From a virus, in IMG/VR virus record IMGVR_UViG_3300025030_000068, positions 1-64,000 of that record: DNA of 64,000 nt; one strand, given 5' to 3'. Below, piece by piece: positions 46,233 through 56,900 of this stretch. A program made the position numbers and the translations under genes. Under the pieces are notes generated by a model, which did not search any database, was not told the origin of the DNA, and was given only the letters and a program-made list of their open reading frames with translations. How positions within the stretch are numbered: the first letter of the stretch is position 1; each line of letters begins with the position of its first letter.

Positions 46233-47582
46233 ATGTCAATACGCTTGCTCCATACCGCCGATCTGCACTTCCAGAACAATCCCGAAATACTTGCCGAGGT
46301 CTGCCGCGTGGCCGACTACGTTGTTGAGGTCGCCATCCGGGAGCAGCCGGACGCGATCGTTCTTGCCGGCGACACGTTAGACAATTACAACTCGCATATC
46401 CGCATCGACTCTGATGCTGCCCGTGCCGCGATCCGCTTTGTCACCGCTTTGGCCGATGTGGCGCCGGTCGTCGTCGTCAGAGGTACCCGTTCTCACGATC
46501 GGGATTCGACATATCTCTTCCGGCACCTGCGGACGCGGCATCCGGTTCACGTTTCGTCGGAGCCGGAGATGGTCGGTCTCTACCGTTCGTTCGACGGCGC
46601 CGCCAAGTTCTCGTTTGAGTTCGAGACCGCTCCGGACGGCTACCAGCTGCAGGCGGCGTTCACTCTTGTCCCCTCCCTCGACAAGTCGTTTCTGGAGGCC
46701 GAATCGATCCGGCAGGGCAACCGCGACTTCCGCGAGCTGTCCCATGACCTCTGCGCTGGCTTCGGTGTCGTCAATGCCGCCATCACGGTGCCGCGTGTCT
46801 TTGTCGGGCACGGCATGGTGACCGGCAGCGTCTTCTCTTCGGGGCAGATGGCGATCGGCGAGGACTTGGAAATGTCTCTGGATGCGCTGCGGGCGGTTGG
46901 CTGCGATTATGTTGCTCTCGGCCATGTCCATAAGTTCCAGCAGTTCGGCAGCGTCGTTTACTCCGGTTCTCCCGGTCGGCTTAACTTCGGCGAACCGGAG
47001 GAGAAGGGCGTTTGCATGGTCGATGTTGCCTATGCTGAGTTCCCGGTCGTCACCTTCGTTCCGACTCCGGCCCGAAGTTTCGTTTTCATCGGCTGCGAGT
47101 TTGACGACCTGCATTTCGAGATTGATACGCGCGACCTGTCTGGCGCCCATGTCCGAATCCGCTTCTCTTTGTCCGAGGAGCGCCGGCACGAGGTCGACCG
47201 GACAGCGATAGAGGGCCGGGTGATGGCCAAGGGCGCGGCGCTGATTAAGGTTGACTATCAAGTCATTCCGACGCAGCGGCAGCGGGCCGCCGGGATATCG
47301 CAGGCGACGTCGCTGGCAGCCAAGGTGCAGCGCTGGGCGGAGGTGACCGATGTAATCTTGCCGGCACGGGTGCTGGAGGTCGCCGGACGCATCGAGGGGC
47401 AGGAAGTGGATGAGTTGCTGCGGGAGGCTAATCAAATCCCCGATGCTGTAGTTGACCGGGTAGAGGCGACTCTGAATGGTAACTTGAGCGCTTATCCGAC
47501 CCGCAAGGAAATTACCGGATACAGCACTCGTTCGGAAGAGCGGCTTGCAGATGGAGGGGTGGCCAATGGACAAAAAGCCTAA
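46233..47582 (+). CDS. sbcD: SbcD/Mre11-like metallophosphoesterase nuclease
   Basis: HTADLH, LAGD, GTRSHD, GHG, ALGHVH, YSGSP...FGE. Confidence 0.9.
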   Translation: MSIRLLHTADLHFQNNPEILAEVCRVADYVVEVAIREQPDAIVLAGDTLDNYNSHIRIDSDAARAAIRFVTALADVAPVVVVRGTRSHDRDSTYLFRHLRTRHPVHVSSEPEMVGLYRSFDGAAKFSFEFETAPDGYQLQAAFTLVPSLDKSFLEAESIRQGNRDFRELSHDLCAGFGVVNAAITVPRVFVGHGMVTGSVFSSGQMAIGEDLEMSLDALRAVGCDYVALGHVHKFQQFGSVVYSGSPGRLNFGEPEEKGVCMVDVAYAEFPVVTFVPTPARSFVFIGCEFDDLHFEIDTRDLSGAHVRIRFSLSEERRHEVDRTAIEGRVMAKGAALIKVDYQVIPTQRQRAAGISQATSLAAKVQRWAEVTDVILPARVLEVAGRIEGQEVDELLREANQIPDAVVDRVEATLNGNLSAYPTRKEITGYSTRSEERLADGGVANGQKA

Positions 47583-47952
47583 AATGGACGCCTGCAAATT
47601 CAGAAAAGAACTCATAAAAGTTATGCCCGGATACACTTGGACCGTTCACAAATCGAGTGCTCCGGAAATTTACTTGACGGCCACCGGGGTGCAGTCCAGC
47701 GGATTCAATAGGCTCTCAACGGTGTCCGTAACGTGGCGGGCTCATCCCACCACTATTCCGTGGTATGAGGTGAAAAGTTCCGGCTTCGGGTTGAAGTCAC
47801 CTTGGCTGGCTGAAAAGGGTGGGAAGACTCTGGCACAGGCGTTTCGCGCCCTGCAAAACCACTACGAGCACATGGCGCAGACGTATGCCTGTCAAGCCAG
47901 AAATTTGCAAGCGGCGAGGACGGTGGCGGAGGTGGACAATGGCCCATTTTGA
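47566..47952 (+). CDS. Hypothetical protein
   Basis: Lower-GC ORF between sbcD and sbcC. Confidence 0.55.
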   Translation: MDKKPKMDACKFRKELIKVMPGYTWTVHKSSAPEIYLTATGVQSSGFNRLSTVSVTWRAHPTTIPWYEVKSSGFGLKSPWLAEKGGKTLAQAFRALQNHYEHMAQTYACQARNLQAARTVAEVDNGPF

Positions 47953-48177
47953 AGCGTGTTGGCTCGGCCCTTTGCCGGATAGTGAAACCACCGAAGCGTA
48001 TTCCCGTGACCGTGGCGAACCTCTAGCTGACAATGCTCCGGAGTCGTACCACAGTCTGTTCTATCTGCGGAATGCTGCCCGCAAGGCCGACGCCGAGTTC
48101 CTTTATGTCTTCGCTGATGGCGTCTGGTCCTATCTTGATCCCCGCCGGGACGATCTCACTTTACTGGAGGTAACGAA

Positions 48178-50580
48178 ATGATTTTGCATTCACTCATCCT
48201 GAAAAACTTCAAGGGGCTTCTGGCTGGCGTCGGCTTGGCAGAGGTCACCATCGACTTCGACAAACTGCCAAACGGTCTTGTTGCCGTCGTCGGCAGCAAC
48301 GGCATGGGCAAGACGACCCTGCTCGACAACTTCCATCCCTTCCGGCTGATGCCCTACAAGCTCCGCAAGGCTGCCGGCTGGTCCCCGGCGGCGTTCTCTT
48401 ACTACGACGAGTGCGTCGGCGAGGCCAAGAAGGAGCTGATCTTCTCGATCGGCGATGTCCGCTACAAGTCGGTTCTGCTGATCGATGCCGATCGCCGCAA
48501 GCAGGAGGCGACGTTGTATTGGTGGACTCCTGCCGCCGACTTTGTTGATGGCGGACCTGCATGGACTCCTCTTAACGACGGCAAGACCCGGACCTATGAC
48601 GAGGCCGTCGAGAAGATCTGCGGCTCCCCTTCCCTCTTCTTCACCAGCGTCTTCCGGGCGCAGGGTGCCCGCAACCTCTCCGACTACACGCGCGGAGATA
48701 TCATGTCTGTTGTCGCCGAGCTGCTCAACATCGACCATATCAAGGAGCAGGGGGAGAAGGCCCGCAAGGTCGCCGCTGCTCTTGGTCTACAGGTCGATAC
48801 CCTGCTCCGTGACAAGTCGGCGCTGTCCTGCGACGATCTTCCCCGACTGCAGGACGAGCTGCGGCAGGTCGTGGCTGAGGCCAGTGCATCCTCTGGCCAC
48901 ATCGTCGCCTACCGGGGCGATCTGGCCACCATCGAAGCCAACCGCCGCGAGCTGGAGATTGCCAGCGCCGCCGAGGCTTCAACCCGGCAGCGCATTGCCG
49001 ACAAGCAAAGCGTCCTGATGAAGTTGCGCGGCGAGCTGACTGCCGGGCACCTGCTGGCGCAGCGGGATACTCTTTCCTCCGATCTGAACGAGGTCAAGAC
49101 CTCCCGTCCGCCGCTGTTGATCCGGCACTCGACAGACCTCGACCGCCTGACGACAAAGTGCGCCGAGACCAAGAAGATTCTCGGCAATGAGGCCGCGATC
49201 CGTAATGGCTCTGCGGCGCTCCCGACGCGGCAGGCGGCGCTCGACGAAGCCCGTGTTTCGGTGCAGGCTGTCCGCGACCGTTATGCGGCCATTCGCGAGC
49301 AAGTGGCGGCACTATCGTCGCTGCCGGGAGAAATTGCCACAGCCGAGCGGCAGCTTGCCTCCCTCCAGCTCCGTGCTGCGGCCCTGGCGGGTCTGGACTG
49401 TACCGGCAGCGGTTCCGGGTGGATCAACCAGTCCTGCCCGCTCCTGCGCGATGCGGTGGCGGCACAGGCCGAAATTGCACCGACGCAGGCGGCGATTGCC
49501 GGTTGCAAGGAGCGGTTGGTGGTGAAGGCCGATCTGGACGTGAAGCTGCTGGCATTGAAGACGACCGGGGAGAAGTTGGCTGCGGATGTGACGGCCTGCG
49601 AGGAGGCGCTGAAGTCCTGCCAGTATTACGCCAACCTCTTGCCGCAGCTGGAGGGTGCCATCGTTCAATGCGCCGGCATCGAGGAGGAGATTGCCCGCCT
49701 CAAATCTGATCACGTGGCGGCGCTGGCAGATATTGACAGCCGGGTACTCGACCTGAACGATCGGCTCGGTCATCTCGAAACCGGGATCAACACGTTCCGG
49801 GGCGCGAAGGCACAGGAGGTCGCCGTTGTTGAAGAGGAGATTCGACAGCTGCGGGCTTCGGTCGGCGATGGTCTGGCCATCGAACTGTCCGGGCTGGACC
49901 AGAAGGCCGCCGAGGTGCGTTCGGTCATTGAGCGGGCCGAGGCGGATCTTCGCCGGAAGCAGGAGGAGTCCGGGCGGGTGCAGGCTCGCATCGAGACGGC
50001 AGAGGCATCTGCTGCCAAGGTCGCCGAGATCGACGGCAAGGTTGCGGCTCTGAATGAGGAGATCGCTAACTGGAACCTGCTGGTGAAAGCCTGTGGCAAC
50101 AGCGGAATCGTGGCACTGGAAATCGACGAGTCGTCCTGCAACATCTCCTCACTCGCCAATGACTTGCTCCGCAACTGCTACGGGCCGCGTTTCTCGATTC
50201 GCTTTGAAACGCAGTCGGAGAAGCTGAACGGCGAGTCCAAGGAGGATTTCGATATCACCGTCTTCGACTCGGAGACCGGAGAGCAGAAGTCGATCACCGA
50301 TCTTTCAGGAGGTCAGACGACATGGGTGAATGACGCACTGACTCGTGCCATCTGCCTTTACAACATCCAGGCGTCCGGGCGGCCTTTTGGGACGTTGTTC
50401 AGTGATGAGCTTGACGGAGCACTGGATGCTGGCAAGAAAATTGAGTTCATGGCGGTGAAACGGCAGTCATTGGCGGTCGGTAGCCATACGCGGGAAATGT
50501 TTATTACTCAGGCTGCCGATCTGGTCGATATGGCTGACGGCGTGATCCGGCTGCTGCCGGGGGAAGTGAGGGTGTCATGA
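48178..50580 (+). CDS. sbcC: SbcC/Rad50-like SMC ATPase
   Basis: GSNGMGKT Walker A, long coiled coils, LSGGQ signature, LFSDELDGALD. Confidence 0.92.
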   Translation: MILHSLILKNFKGLLAGVGLAEVTIDFDKLPNGLVAVVGSNGMGKTTLLDNFHPFRLMPYKLRKAAGWSPAAFSYYDECVGEAKKELIFSIGDVRYKSVLLIDADRRKQEATLYWWTPAADFVDGGPAWTPLNDGKTRTYDEAVEKICGSPSLFFTSVFRAQGARNLSDYTRGDIMSVVAELLNIDHIKEQGEKARKVAAALGLQVDTLLRDKSALSCDDLPRLQDELRQVVAEASASSGHIVAYRGDLATIEANRRELEIASAAEASTRQRIADKQSVLMKLRGELTAGHLLAQRDTLSSDLNEVKTSRPPLLIRHSTDLDRLTTKCAETKKILGNEAAIRNGSAALPTRQAALDEARVSVQAVRDRYAAIREQVAALSSLPGEIATAERQLASLQLRAAALAGLDCTGSGSGWINQSCPLLRDAVAAQAEIAPTQAAIAGCKERLVVKADLDVKLLALKTTGEKLAADVTACEEALKSCQYYANLLPQLEGAIVQCAGIEEEIARLKSDHVAALADIDSRVLDLNDRLGHLETGINTFRGAKAQEVAVVEEEIRQLRASVGDGLAIELSGLDQKAAEVRSVIERAEADLRRKQEESGRVQARIETAEASAAKVAEIDGKVAALNEEIANWNLLVKACGNSGIVALEIDESSCNISSLANDLLRNCYGPRFSIRFETQSEKLNGESKEDFDITVFDSETGEQKSITDLSGGQTTWVNDALTRAICLYNIQASGRPFGTLFSDELDGALDAGKKIEFMAVKRQSLAVGSHTREMFITQAADLVDMADGVIRLLPGEVRVS

Positions 50581-50728
50581 GGAGTCTGGAATTCTGCGTT
50601 CGCCAGTGCTCTCCGGTGCGGCACGGTAAGATTGACTTGGTGGAGGTGAACTGGCTGGCGTCGCTGGCCGGGACGTCGTGGCAGGAGGCGTTGCAGTCCG
50701 TCAGGCGGCGTTTCGGGAGGTAAAATGG

Positions 50729-50763
50729 AAAGGGGCGACCTTCGCAGGTCGTCCCTTTTTTTT
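50729..50763. terminator. Bidirectional intrinsic terminator
   Basis: AAAGGGGCGACCT-TCGC-AGGTCGTCCCTTTTTTTT at the convergence of the two arms. Confidence 0.85.
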
Positions 50764-50938
50764 ATGGCGTTCGTCCGTCGCGGCAGAAGGCACAGCGACC
50801 GGCAATCAGTCGCGGCCTCGGCTCTCCGCAGTCGTTGCATTCTCCGGCAACTCCCGGTGGGATCGTGTAGCGGATGCTGTGGATCACAGCATCGTCCTTC
50901 AGCATCCGGAGGGCGACTATGTCTGCGTCATCGGCCAT
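50762..50938 (-). CDS. TraR/DksA-like C4 zinc-finger protein (58 aa, not in ORF track)
   Basis: MADDADIV...GECNDCGEPRPRLIAGRCAFCRD. Confidence 0.7.
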   Translation of the reverse strand: MADDADIVALRMLKDDAVIHSIRYTIPPGVAGECNDCGEPRPRLIAGRCAFCRDGRTP

Positions 50939-51014
50939 CTTCTTTCGTTATCTCCTTTGGTTGTCCTGTGCTCGCACTCGTTATCCGGTGCGCGGCTGTT
51001 CGGGCAGGTAGGCA

Positions 51015-51143
51015 TCACATCCCGCCTGAGCCTAAAAGACTACCGCCCTCAATGGTGATGACTGCCCCACTTCCCTGTGGTTGCTGCGGCACAGTCGTAC
51101 AGGCACAAAGCGACAACAATAAGAGACCAATTAGCCAGCGCAT
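51015..51143 (-). CDS. Small lipoprotein (42 aa, not in ORF track)
   Basis: MRWLIGLLLLSLCAC-TTVPQQPQGSGAVITIEGGSLLGSGGM; lipobox; RBS GGAG upstream. Confidence 0.6.
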   Translation of the reverse strand: MRWLIGLLLLSLCACTTVPQQPQGSGAVITIEGGSLLGSGGM

Positions 51144-51145
51144 GT

Positions 51146-51712
51146 TTAGTTGTCTCCGAGCGTAACGGAGTCAAAGGCAATGACCGCACCTTCAGCTGCG
51201 AACGCTTCCGTCGGGGAAATGATCTTATGCATCAAACGAGCAATGCGGATAAAGCTGGTCGCTGCCCCTGCTGCCGGGAAGTCATAGGTCAGCGTGACAG
51301 CGGCAGGAGATACAGCTGCATGCTGCTGGACAAAGAGAATTTTATCGCCCTTGCTGGTGTTATAGACAACGCTGCACTCGCCGCCGGTAAAAGTAATCGT
51401 AGTGTTCACATCGTCGGGAAAGTCGAGTGTCCCGGTGGCGGTGTAGAGGGCGGCAGTCGGGGCAGCGAGGGTAAAGCCACCGGTCGTGTAACCGGCGCCT
51501 GAGACTTCGGTCGCTCCGGCGCTCCAGACGGTCGAGGCGGTGCCGAATGTCGCGGTCGAGGTGTGTGTGGCGACCTTGTAGATGTCGGTTGGCAGGTGAA
51601 CCCCGGCCAGCAGATCAGCCTTGGCCTGGTAGGGGATGCCCGTAGTACAGGCGGCGAACGCGCTCCCGGCGAGAAGGAGCAGGGCGAGGGTAAAACCGAT
51701 AGTTTTTTTCAT
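51146..51712 (-). CDS. Phage fibre/structural subunit family protein with Sec signal peptide
   Basis: MKKTIGFTLALLLLAGSAFA; mature part KADLLAGVH..YKVA..EVSGAGYTTGG..LDF..VYN..FPAAGAATSFIRIA resembles a widespread phage structural family. Confidence 0.65.
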   Translation of the reverse strand: MKKTIGFTLALLLLAGSAFAACTTGIPYQAKADLLAGVHLPTDIYKVATHTSTATFGTASTVWSAGATEVSGAGYTTGGFTLAAPTAALYTATGTLDFPDDVNTTITFTGGECSVVYNTSKGDKILFVQQHAAVSPAAVTLTYDFPAAGAATSFIRIARLMHKIISPTEAFAAEGAVIAFDSVTLGDN

Positions 51713-51726
51713 GGTAAGTCTCCTTG

Positions 51727-53973
51727 TTATTGGCCCCGTGGGGCGCGGATGATGATGTTGCCGTTGCGGTCGTTATGGGTGATAGGGTTGCCGAGGCGGT
51801 CAAGAGTGTTGGTAGCTATAAAATAATCAACAATGTTGTACGAAGCACCTGCAATGGATATTGTCGCCGCTACATCCTCCTCCCCCCATCCAGCGGGGAG
51901 AGACAACGGATTAGCTGTAATCATCCCATCCAGCCTAACAGTGACCCCCATTAACCCCTCCAATACCCAGCGGATAAACTCGGCATCAGCACTCCATGTA
52001 TAGGAACCATAGGTGGTTGTTTCGGGGTAGAACGAAATGCGGCCAGTTTCGGGCACATCAAACGGACAGACCCATGAGGCGTAGGAGCGGGCGGGGCTCC
52101 TCAGTCGTGCTTCTGTTTTTGCCCAGATAAAGAATAACTCCGGCCACCCCTGTTCATAGTAGCCATTCCCAAACGCATCTGGAAGTGCTTGAATAGCGTT
52201 ATAAGGCCCAGTGCGATAGCCATAAGTATGGTCAAGAATGCTTATATCAGAGGACACTCCAGACTGAATCGCCCACGCCAATCCGTCGGGCTGCAAATCA
52301 TCAATCGTAGAATTAACAAACGCACCATTAACCCAAAAACGCCGATACAAATTATTCGTGGCGTCGAACCATTCTGAACTCTGCAAAATGGCTTTCACAG
52401 CATCGGCTCGACTGGTATAGGTGGCGGCCAGAGTCGGATTACCCTCGTGTGTCAGGATTTCCGCCATCCTTCGGCACGCCATGATGTAGCAGCACGATCC
52501 CTGAAACGCCTTCGAGTTTGGGGGCGTTGCTCCTGTCAACCACTCGCCTCCATAAACGTCATCCCAGTCATGGGTGCGAATCAAGCCACCATTACGGTTA
52601 GCATGGAGAAAATCGAGGGCGGCTAATGCGTGGTTGAGAATCGTTCTTGTTCCAGTGGTCTCTGCCAAAAAATCAAAATCTTGTGAATAGCAGAGGTAAT
52701 TGTAGAGACACATCACAAACATCATCTCGTTGTAGGCGGATGAATAGTCGTGATAGCCAGAGGGGATCGAGTAAGAAACCTCGACCGCCATCTGCCCACT
52801 GGCGGATTGAATCTCCGATAGAGCGGCGATCTCTGACTTAACTGGGGCATAATCCCCCAACATTAACAGCACATTTTGCATGGGATAGGACTGGTGGATT
52901 CTGTTGTGGATATATTCCCAGAAGCGAGCTCCCGAAACCGGATGATTGTGGATCTGTGGCCCCCCATGCCAAAAGGCCTTTTTCGTTGGGTCAAACCATT
53001 GGTGCGTCAGTGCCCCGTAGATATTGGCAATAGCGTAGCGCATGTAATCGTTGATTTTTTGGTTTGGAGTCTGTAGTGCCAGATTGTCAAACCAGCCGTC
53101 GATAGTGGCAATCTCCTCGGCATACCATTGATCCAGCCCGTAGGTTTCCAACTCCTGCATTCCTGTAGTCAGTAAGGTTGCAGAATTAGTCACGTTTGCA
53201 TAGACCACTCCGAAGAGCATGTAAGCGGTTGCCGTCTGGCCAGCGGGGATCGTTAAAGATACTTTGCCCGCAAAACAGGGGGCCGCGCCCGTATAAGATG
53301 AGGTATTAGACAAAGCCCCAGCTAAGGCGGAAGGGTTAGCATCGCCCCCTGCCCCAAAGAAGGTTGCCGCGTTAGTTTCCCACTCCGTCATGCCGGGGAT
53401 GTAACACGTTTGGCGATGATCCATCGGAACATCGAACGGTTCATCCTCAATGATAATTTCGTTGACGATGGTGCGGAGCGATGTCAAGAAATCCGTGCTT
53501 TTTGTCGCACTGGTTCCGAATAGTTCCAGGATCGGATAAAGGTTGATCTCCCGCTGAACCGTATCGTTATTTGTAATCGCCAGCCGTGAAACGACTATCG
53601 GTTTTTCCCGGTGGCAAATATCATTCTGTTCAAAATCCAGAGCACCGACCGTGAAACGGATTGCGGTTCTTTTCGGCTGATAAACACAGCGCCAGTTGGT
53701 CATAACTGCTGAATGTAGTGCGTGGTTGGTTGAGTAGGGATCGTTAGTGCCTTCCTTAATGTACCAACTTCGCCCCTGCAAAAACTCCCATGACACCCCC
53801 GCATCACTATTCGCCCCATCTGTCGATAGTTGGGAGACATCACCATGCGCGACCAGCCCCGCCGAACCGTTAGAATGCGGGTGATACATAAAATAGGGAT
53901 TACCAAGGGGAAAGTCCGGCCACGCAGCCGAGTCCTCCCAAACTAATCCATGTTCAGCGGCGTCAAAAATCAT
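51727..53973 (-). CDS. GH94 (cellobiose phosphorylase)-like glycoside hydrolase/phosphorylase
   Basis: WETNAATFFG..NPSAL..LSNT..PCFA..LTIPAGQT..FG, LQTPNQKIN, HDWDD (cf. catalytic DWND), LEGLMGV..NP.LPAGW. Confidence 0.7.
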   Translation of the reverse strand: MIFDAAEHGLVWEDSAAWPDFPLGNPYFMYHPHSNGSAGLVAHGDVSQLSTDGANSDAGVSWEFLQGRSWYIKEGTNDPYSTNHALHSAVMTNWRCVYQPKRTAIRFTVGALDFEQNDICHREKPIVVSRLAITNNDTVQREINLYPILELFGTSATKSTDFLTSLRTIVNEIIIEDEPFDVPMDHRQTCYIPGMTEWETNAATFFGAGGDANPSALAGALSNTSSYTGAAPCFAGKVSLTIPAGQTATAYMLFGVVYANVTNSATLLTTGMQELETYGLDQWYAEEIATIDGWFDNLALQTPNQKINDYMRYAIANIYGALTHQWFDPTKKAFWHGGPQIHNHPVSGARFWEYIHNRIHQSYPMQNVLLMLGDYAPVKSEIAALSEIQSASGQMAVEVSYSIPSGYHDYSSAYNEMMFVMCLYNYLCYSQDFDFLAETTGTRTILNHALAALDFLHANRNGGLIRTHDWDDVYGGEWLTGATPPNSKAFQGSCCYIMACRRMAEILTHEGNPTLAATYTSRADAVKAILQSSEWFDATNNLYRRFWVNGAFVNSTIDDLQPDGLAWAIQSGVSSDISILDHTYGYRTGPYNAIQALPDAFGNGYYEQGWPELFFIWAKTEARLRSPARSYASWVCPFDVPETGRISFYPETTTYGSYTWSADAEFIRWVLEGLMGVTVRLDGMITANPLSLPAGWGEEDVAATISIAGASYNIVDYFIATNTLDRLGNPITHNDRNGNIIIRAPRGQ

Positions 53974-56900
53974 GGCAACGCCTCCACAAGAACATTGTTA
54001 ATTAGCGTCGTAGGAGTAATGCTGCTGGTATCTGTAAGGAAAAGGTAGCTAAAGTCTGTGTAAGTGGCATCGTTGTACGTTATAACTGTCGTTCCGCCTA
54101 TTTTTCCGATGAGGTCTCCGTTATCGTGCAATTCAAACCGGATAACACGGTTGGCAGATGATTGTGTTATTGCCTGAGACGCAACGATTGTCCCATTTTT
54201 CAGAATCAAGGCCATTCCGAAAGGCGTAAGTTCTATGTCAATTTCATTTGAAAATGCCAGACCATAACTGCCTGTTGCACCGTGCGTACTACTACTCCCC
54301 ACACCAATTTCTGTACTGGTCCAATCATCTTCTCCCGTTGCAAGGGGCATCTGTAAATCAATCTCAACTGCAAATCCCCGCACCATTGCCGTCGGGGTTC
54401 GCACCGCCTCTCCAATAGCGTTGAAGAGCAGCTTACTGCTCGAAATTGATGGTGATCCGGTCGATGTCCAAGGGGCCGGGACGGCACCATCCGAATAAGT
54501 GAAGAGGTCGACGAATGAGTTAGCCCCAACTGCCGTCACTCCCAGCGTCCCATACGCCGAAGTCATCGACTGACTAGCAATCGTGATCGTCGCCGCTCCT
54601 GCCGGTGCGCTAACTGCCAAGCCCCCATAACTGGAGGTCATCGACTGTGCATCCAGCGTAATAGTCACCGGCCCGCCTGCGGCCAAAACGCCAATAGCGC
54701 CATAGGCCGAAACCATCTCCTGCGCGGTCATACCGATGGTCTGTGGGCCTGCCGGTGCTGAGGGAGCAAAGCCGCCATAGGCCAGCGTCATCGACTGCCC
54801 GCTCATACTGATTGTCGGGCCGAGGGACAGCCAGCCTGCACCGCACTCGATGTTGCTGTCGTTGATGCCGATGCTGTCGAGGTAGGTGTTGACAGAGTTG
54901 TACTGAACATGGAGCTCATCACAGATAGCGCTATCACCGCGTGCTGGCAACGTCCCACCCCAGGCAATCCATTGCTCGATGGAGATGGAGAGGAGTGGCT
55001 GTTTGCTTGATGCCAGGTCGTAGACCGCTTTCACCGCCGCGCTGTTGGCCGCCGTGGTCGAGCTGTCAGAATTGGTCGCGCTGGATAACTCCGACTCTTT
55101 GATGATGGCGGCGTCGGCGGATTCGGCACCGATCGTGCCGGGAGTCAGTGCAGCAATGGCGCCACTGGCTATGGGGTCGGACTCCTCTTGTAACACGGCC
55201 TGCCACCCCGTTTCCGTAGCAGTTTTTCGCGTGCTGGTTGTCGTATCAAAGACCGTGGTTCCCTTTTGTATCTCGGTGTGGGCTGGCAAGGCCGCAGTAG
55301 TAAAGAATGCGTCTGTCATACCATACCCGACTGTCACGGCCCCACGGCGATGGATCAATCCGGCATCGATACCGTTGACTATCCCCATGTAGTAAAATTT
55401 GCAGCGCCTTGCATCGGCATGGCCGTAACCGTAATTGATCCTGACGCGCAGTTCGAGCTTACGAGTTGCTACGGCATCAGTTAAAAAGGATAGGTTAATA
55501 AACTCGGCTTGACCACTTGGCATGACATTATACTGAGTATCAGCCGCCGCCCATGTCTGCGAGTCCCAATCATAATATTGATTATTAACCGCGTCTCTCA
55601 ACTGTATCTGCAAAAAGACGCTCGGTGGGACTTTTAGGGCGACTTGAGCATAGAGCGTGCTGTTAATTGGCACTGCTGCTGCCGACCCATACGCAGTGAT
55701 TCCGTTTGTTTCGACCCCATCCGGTATAAATTCAACGTGGCAGCTTTTATTCTTGGCTGCGACGTGAGAGACGGCAGGATTAAAAAGGTTTCCAGTTGGG
55801 TACGAGACTGTAGACACTGCCCCCTCAATAATCGTTACGGCGGCAGGGTTAGAATCATCGAGATAATTGACCCTCGCCGTATCAGTACTGACAGGCAAAT
55901 CCCCCCATACCTTGATCTGTGTTCTAATAATATTCCGGCCGTCATTGTCAATGACAGTTTTGCGAGATTCCGCGTTTGACGGATCAGTATAGTGGCTGCC
56001 AGTTGACAATAAAATCGTATTACCCTGATTCCCGACATCAATCACTGTCTGACCATAGACTCCGGTCATGTCGATTATGTTTGAGTGAGATTCCTGCCGC
56101 CCTGCTCCTGAAGTGAGGTCCTTAGTAATATGGAAAACAGGTGCGGAATTATTTGTCGGGTCAGTCCCTCCGAAAATTTTAACGCCGCAAATCCCACTCA
56201 GTTCTAGTCCGGGATTACTCCCCTCGTAATATCCACCGTAGACGCGGATTGACGGGGAAAAATAGGCTTGGGCGCGAGATGTCCCGCCGTCGCTACCGCC
56301 GCGCAATAGAATGCCGCCGAGGTCATTTCCCTCAGCCCATGGAGAGAATAAATCTGCACCGATAACGCGACTCAGTTCAAGCCCCCTCCCCACATTAAAG
56401 TAGGCCTTAATTCTTCTGAGATCGATTTGCTGTGACGACTGAAACAGGAAACCCGTACCGCCACTGAATGACGCAACCACGCTGTCATAAGTATTGCCCC
56501 ACCCAGAAAGCTCAACGAGTGCCGAAGTTCCTGGGTTGAGCTGTGCGCCGCCCCACGAAGCGGGCGGGTTATTTCCGTTAAATCTTACGCCACGGATTCC
56601 GGCTGAGTATTGCGTTGAGTCATATAAAAGCCGAGTATTCTCACCCGACGCCAACTTGAATTCGCTGACTGTTTCGTCGCCATAAATCCACACGTTATTT
56701 AAGGCTGAGAATCCTGCGACTTCACCACCGAACATCGTTGTTACGTAGACACCAGGATCGACATAAAGCGGATTTTTACTGGATGCGCCATAGTTCCACC
56801 ACGCCTTAATCGCTTCAAAATTTGACACCTTGTCAGTATCTAAGCCAGTGCCTTTGGCTCCGAACCAACGCAAATGGACAGTCCCAGAATAATCGCGCAA

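Noticed and set aside
46377-47636. 419-aa minus-strand ORF and other long antisense ORFs (e.g. 5030-5875, 28545-29444, 41527-42306)
   Set aside because: Shadow ORFs opposite well-supported genes in GC-rich DNA, with no motifs or RBS.
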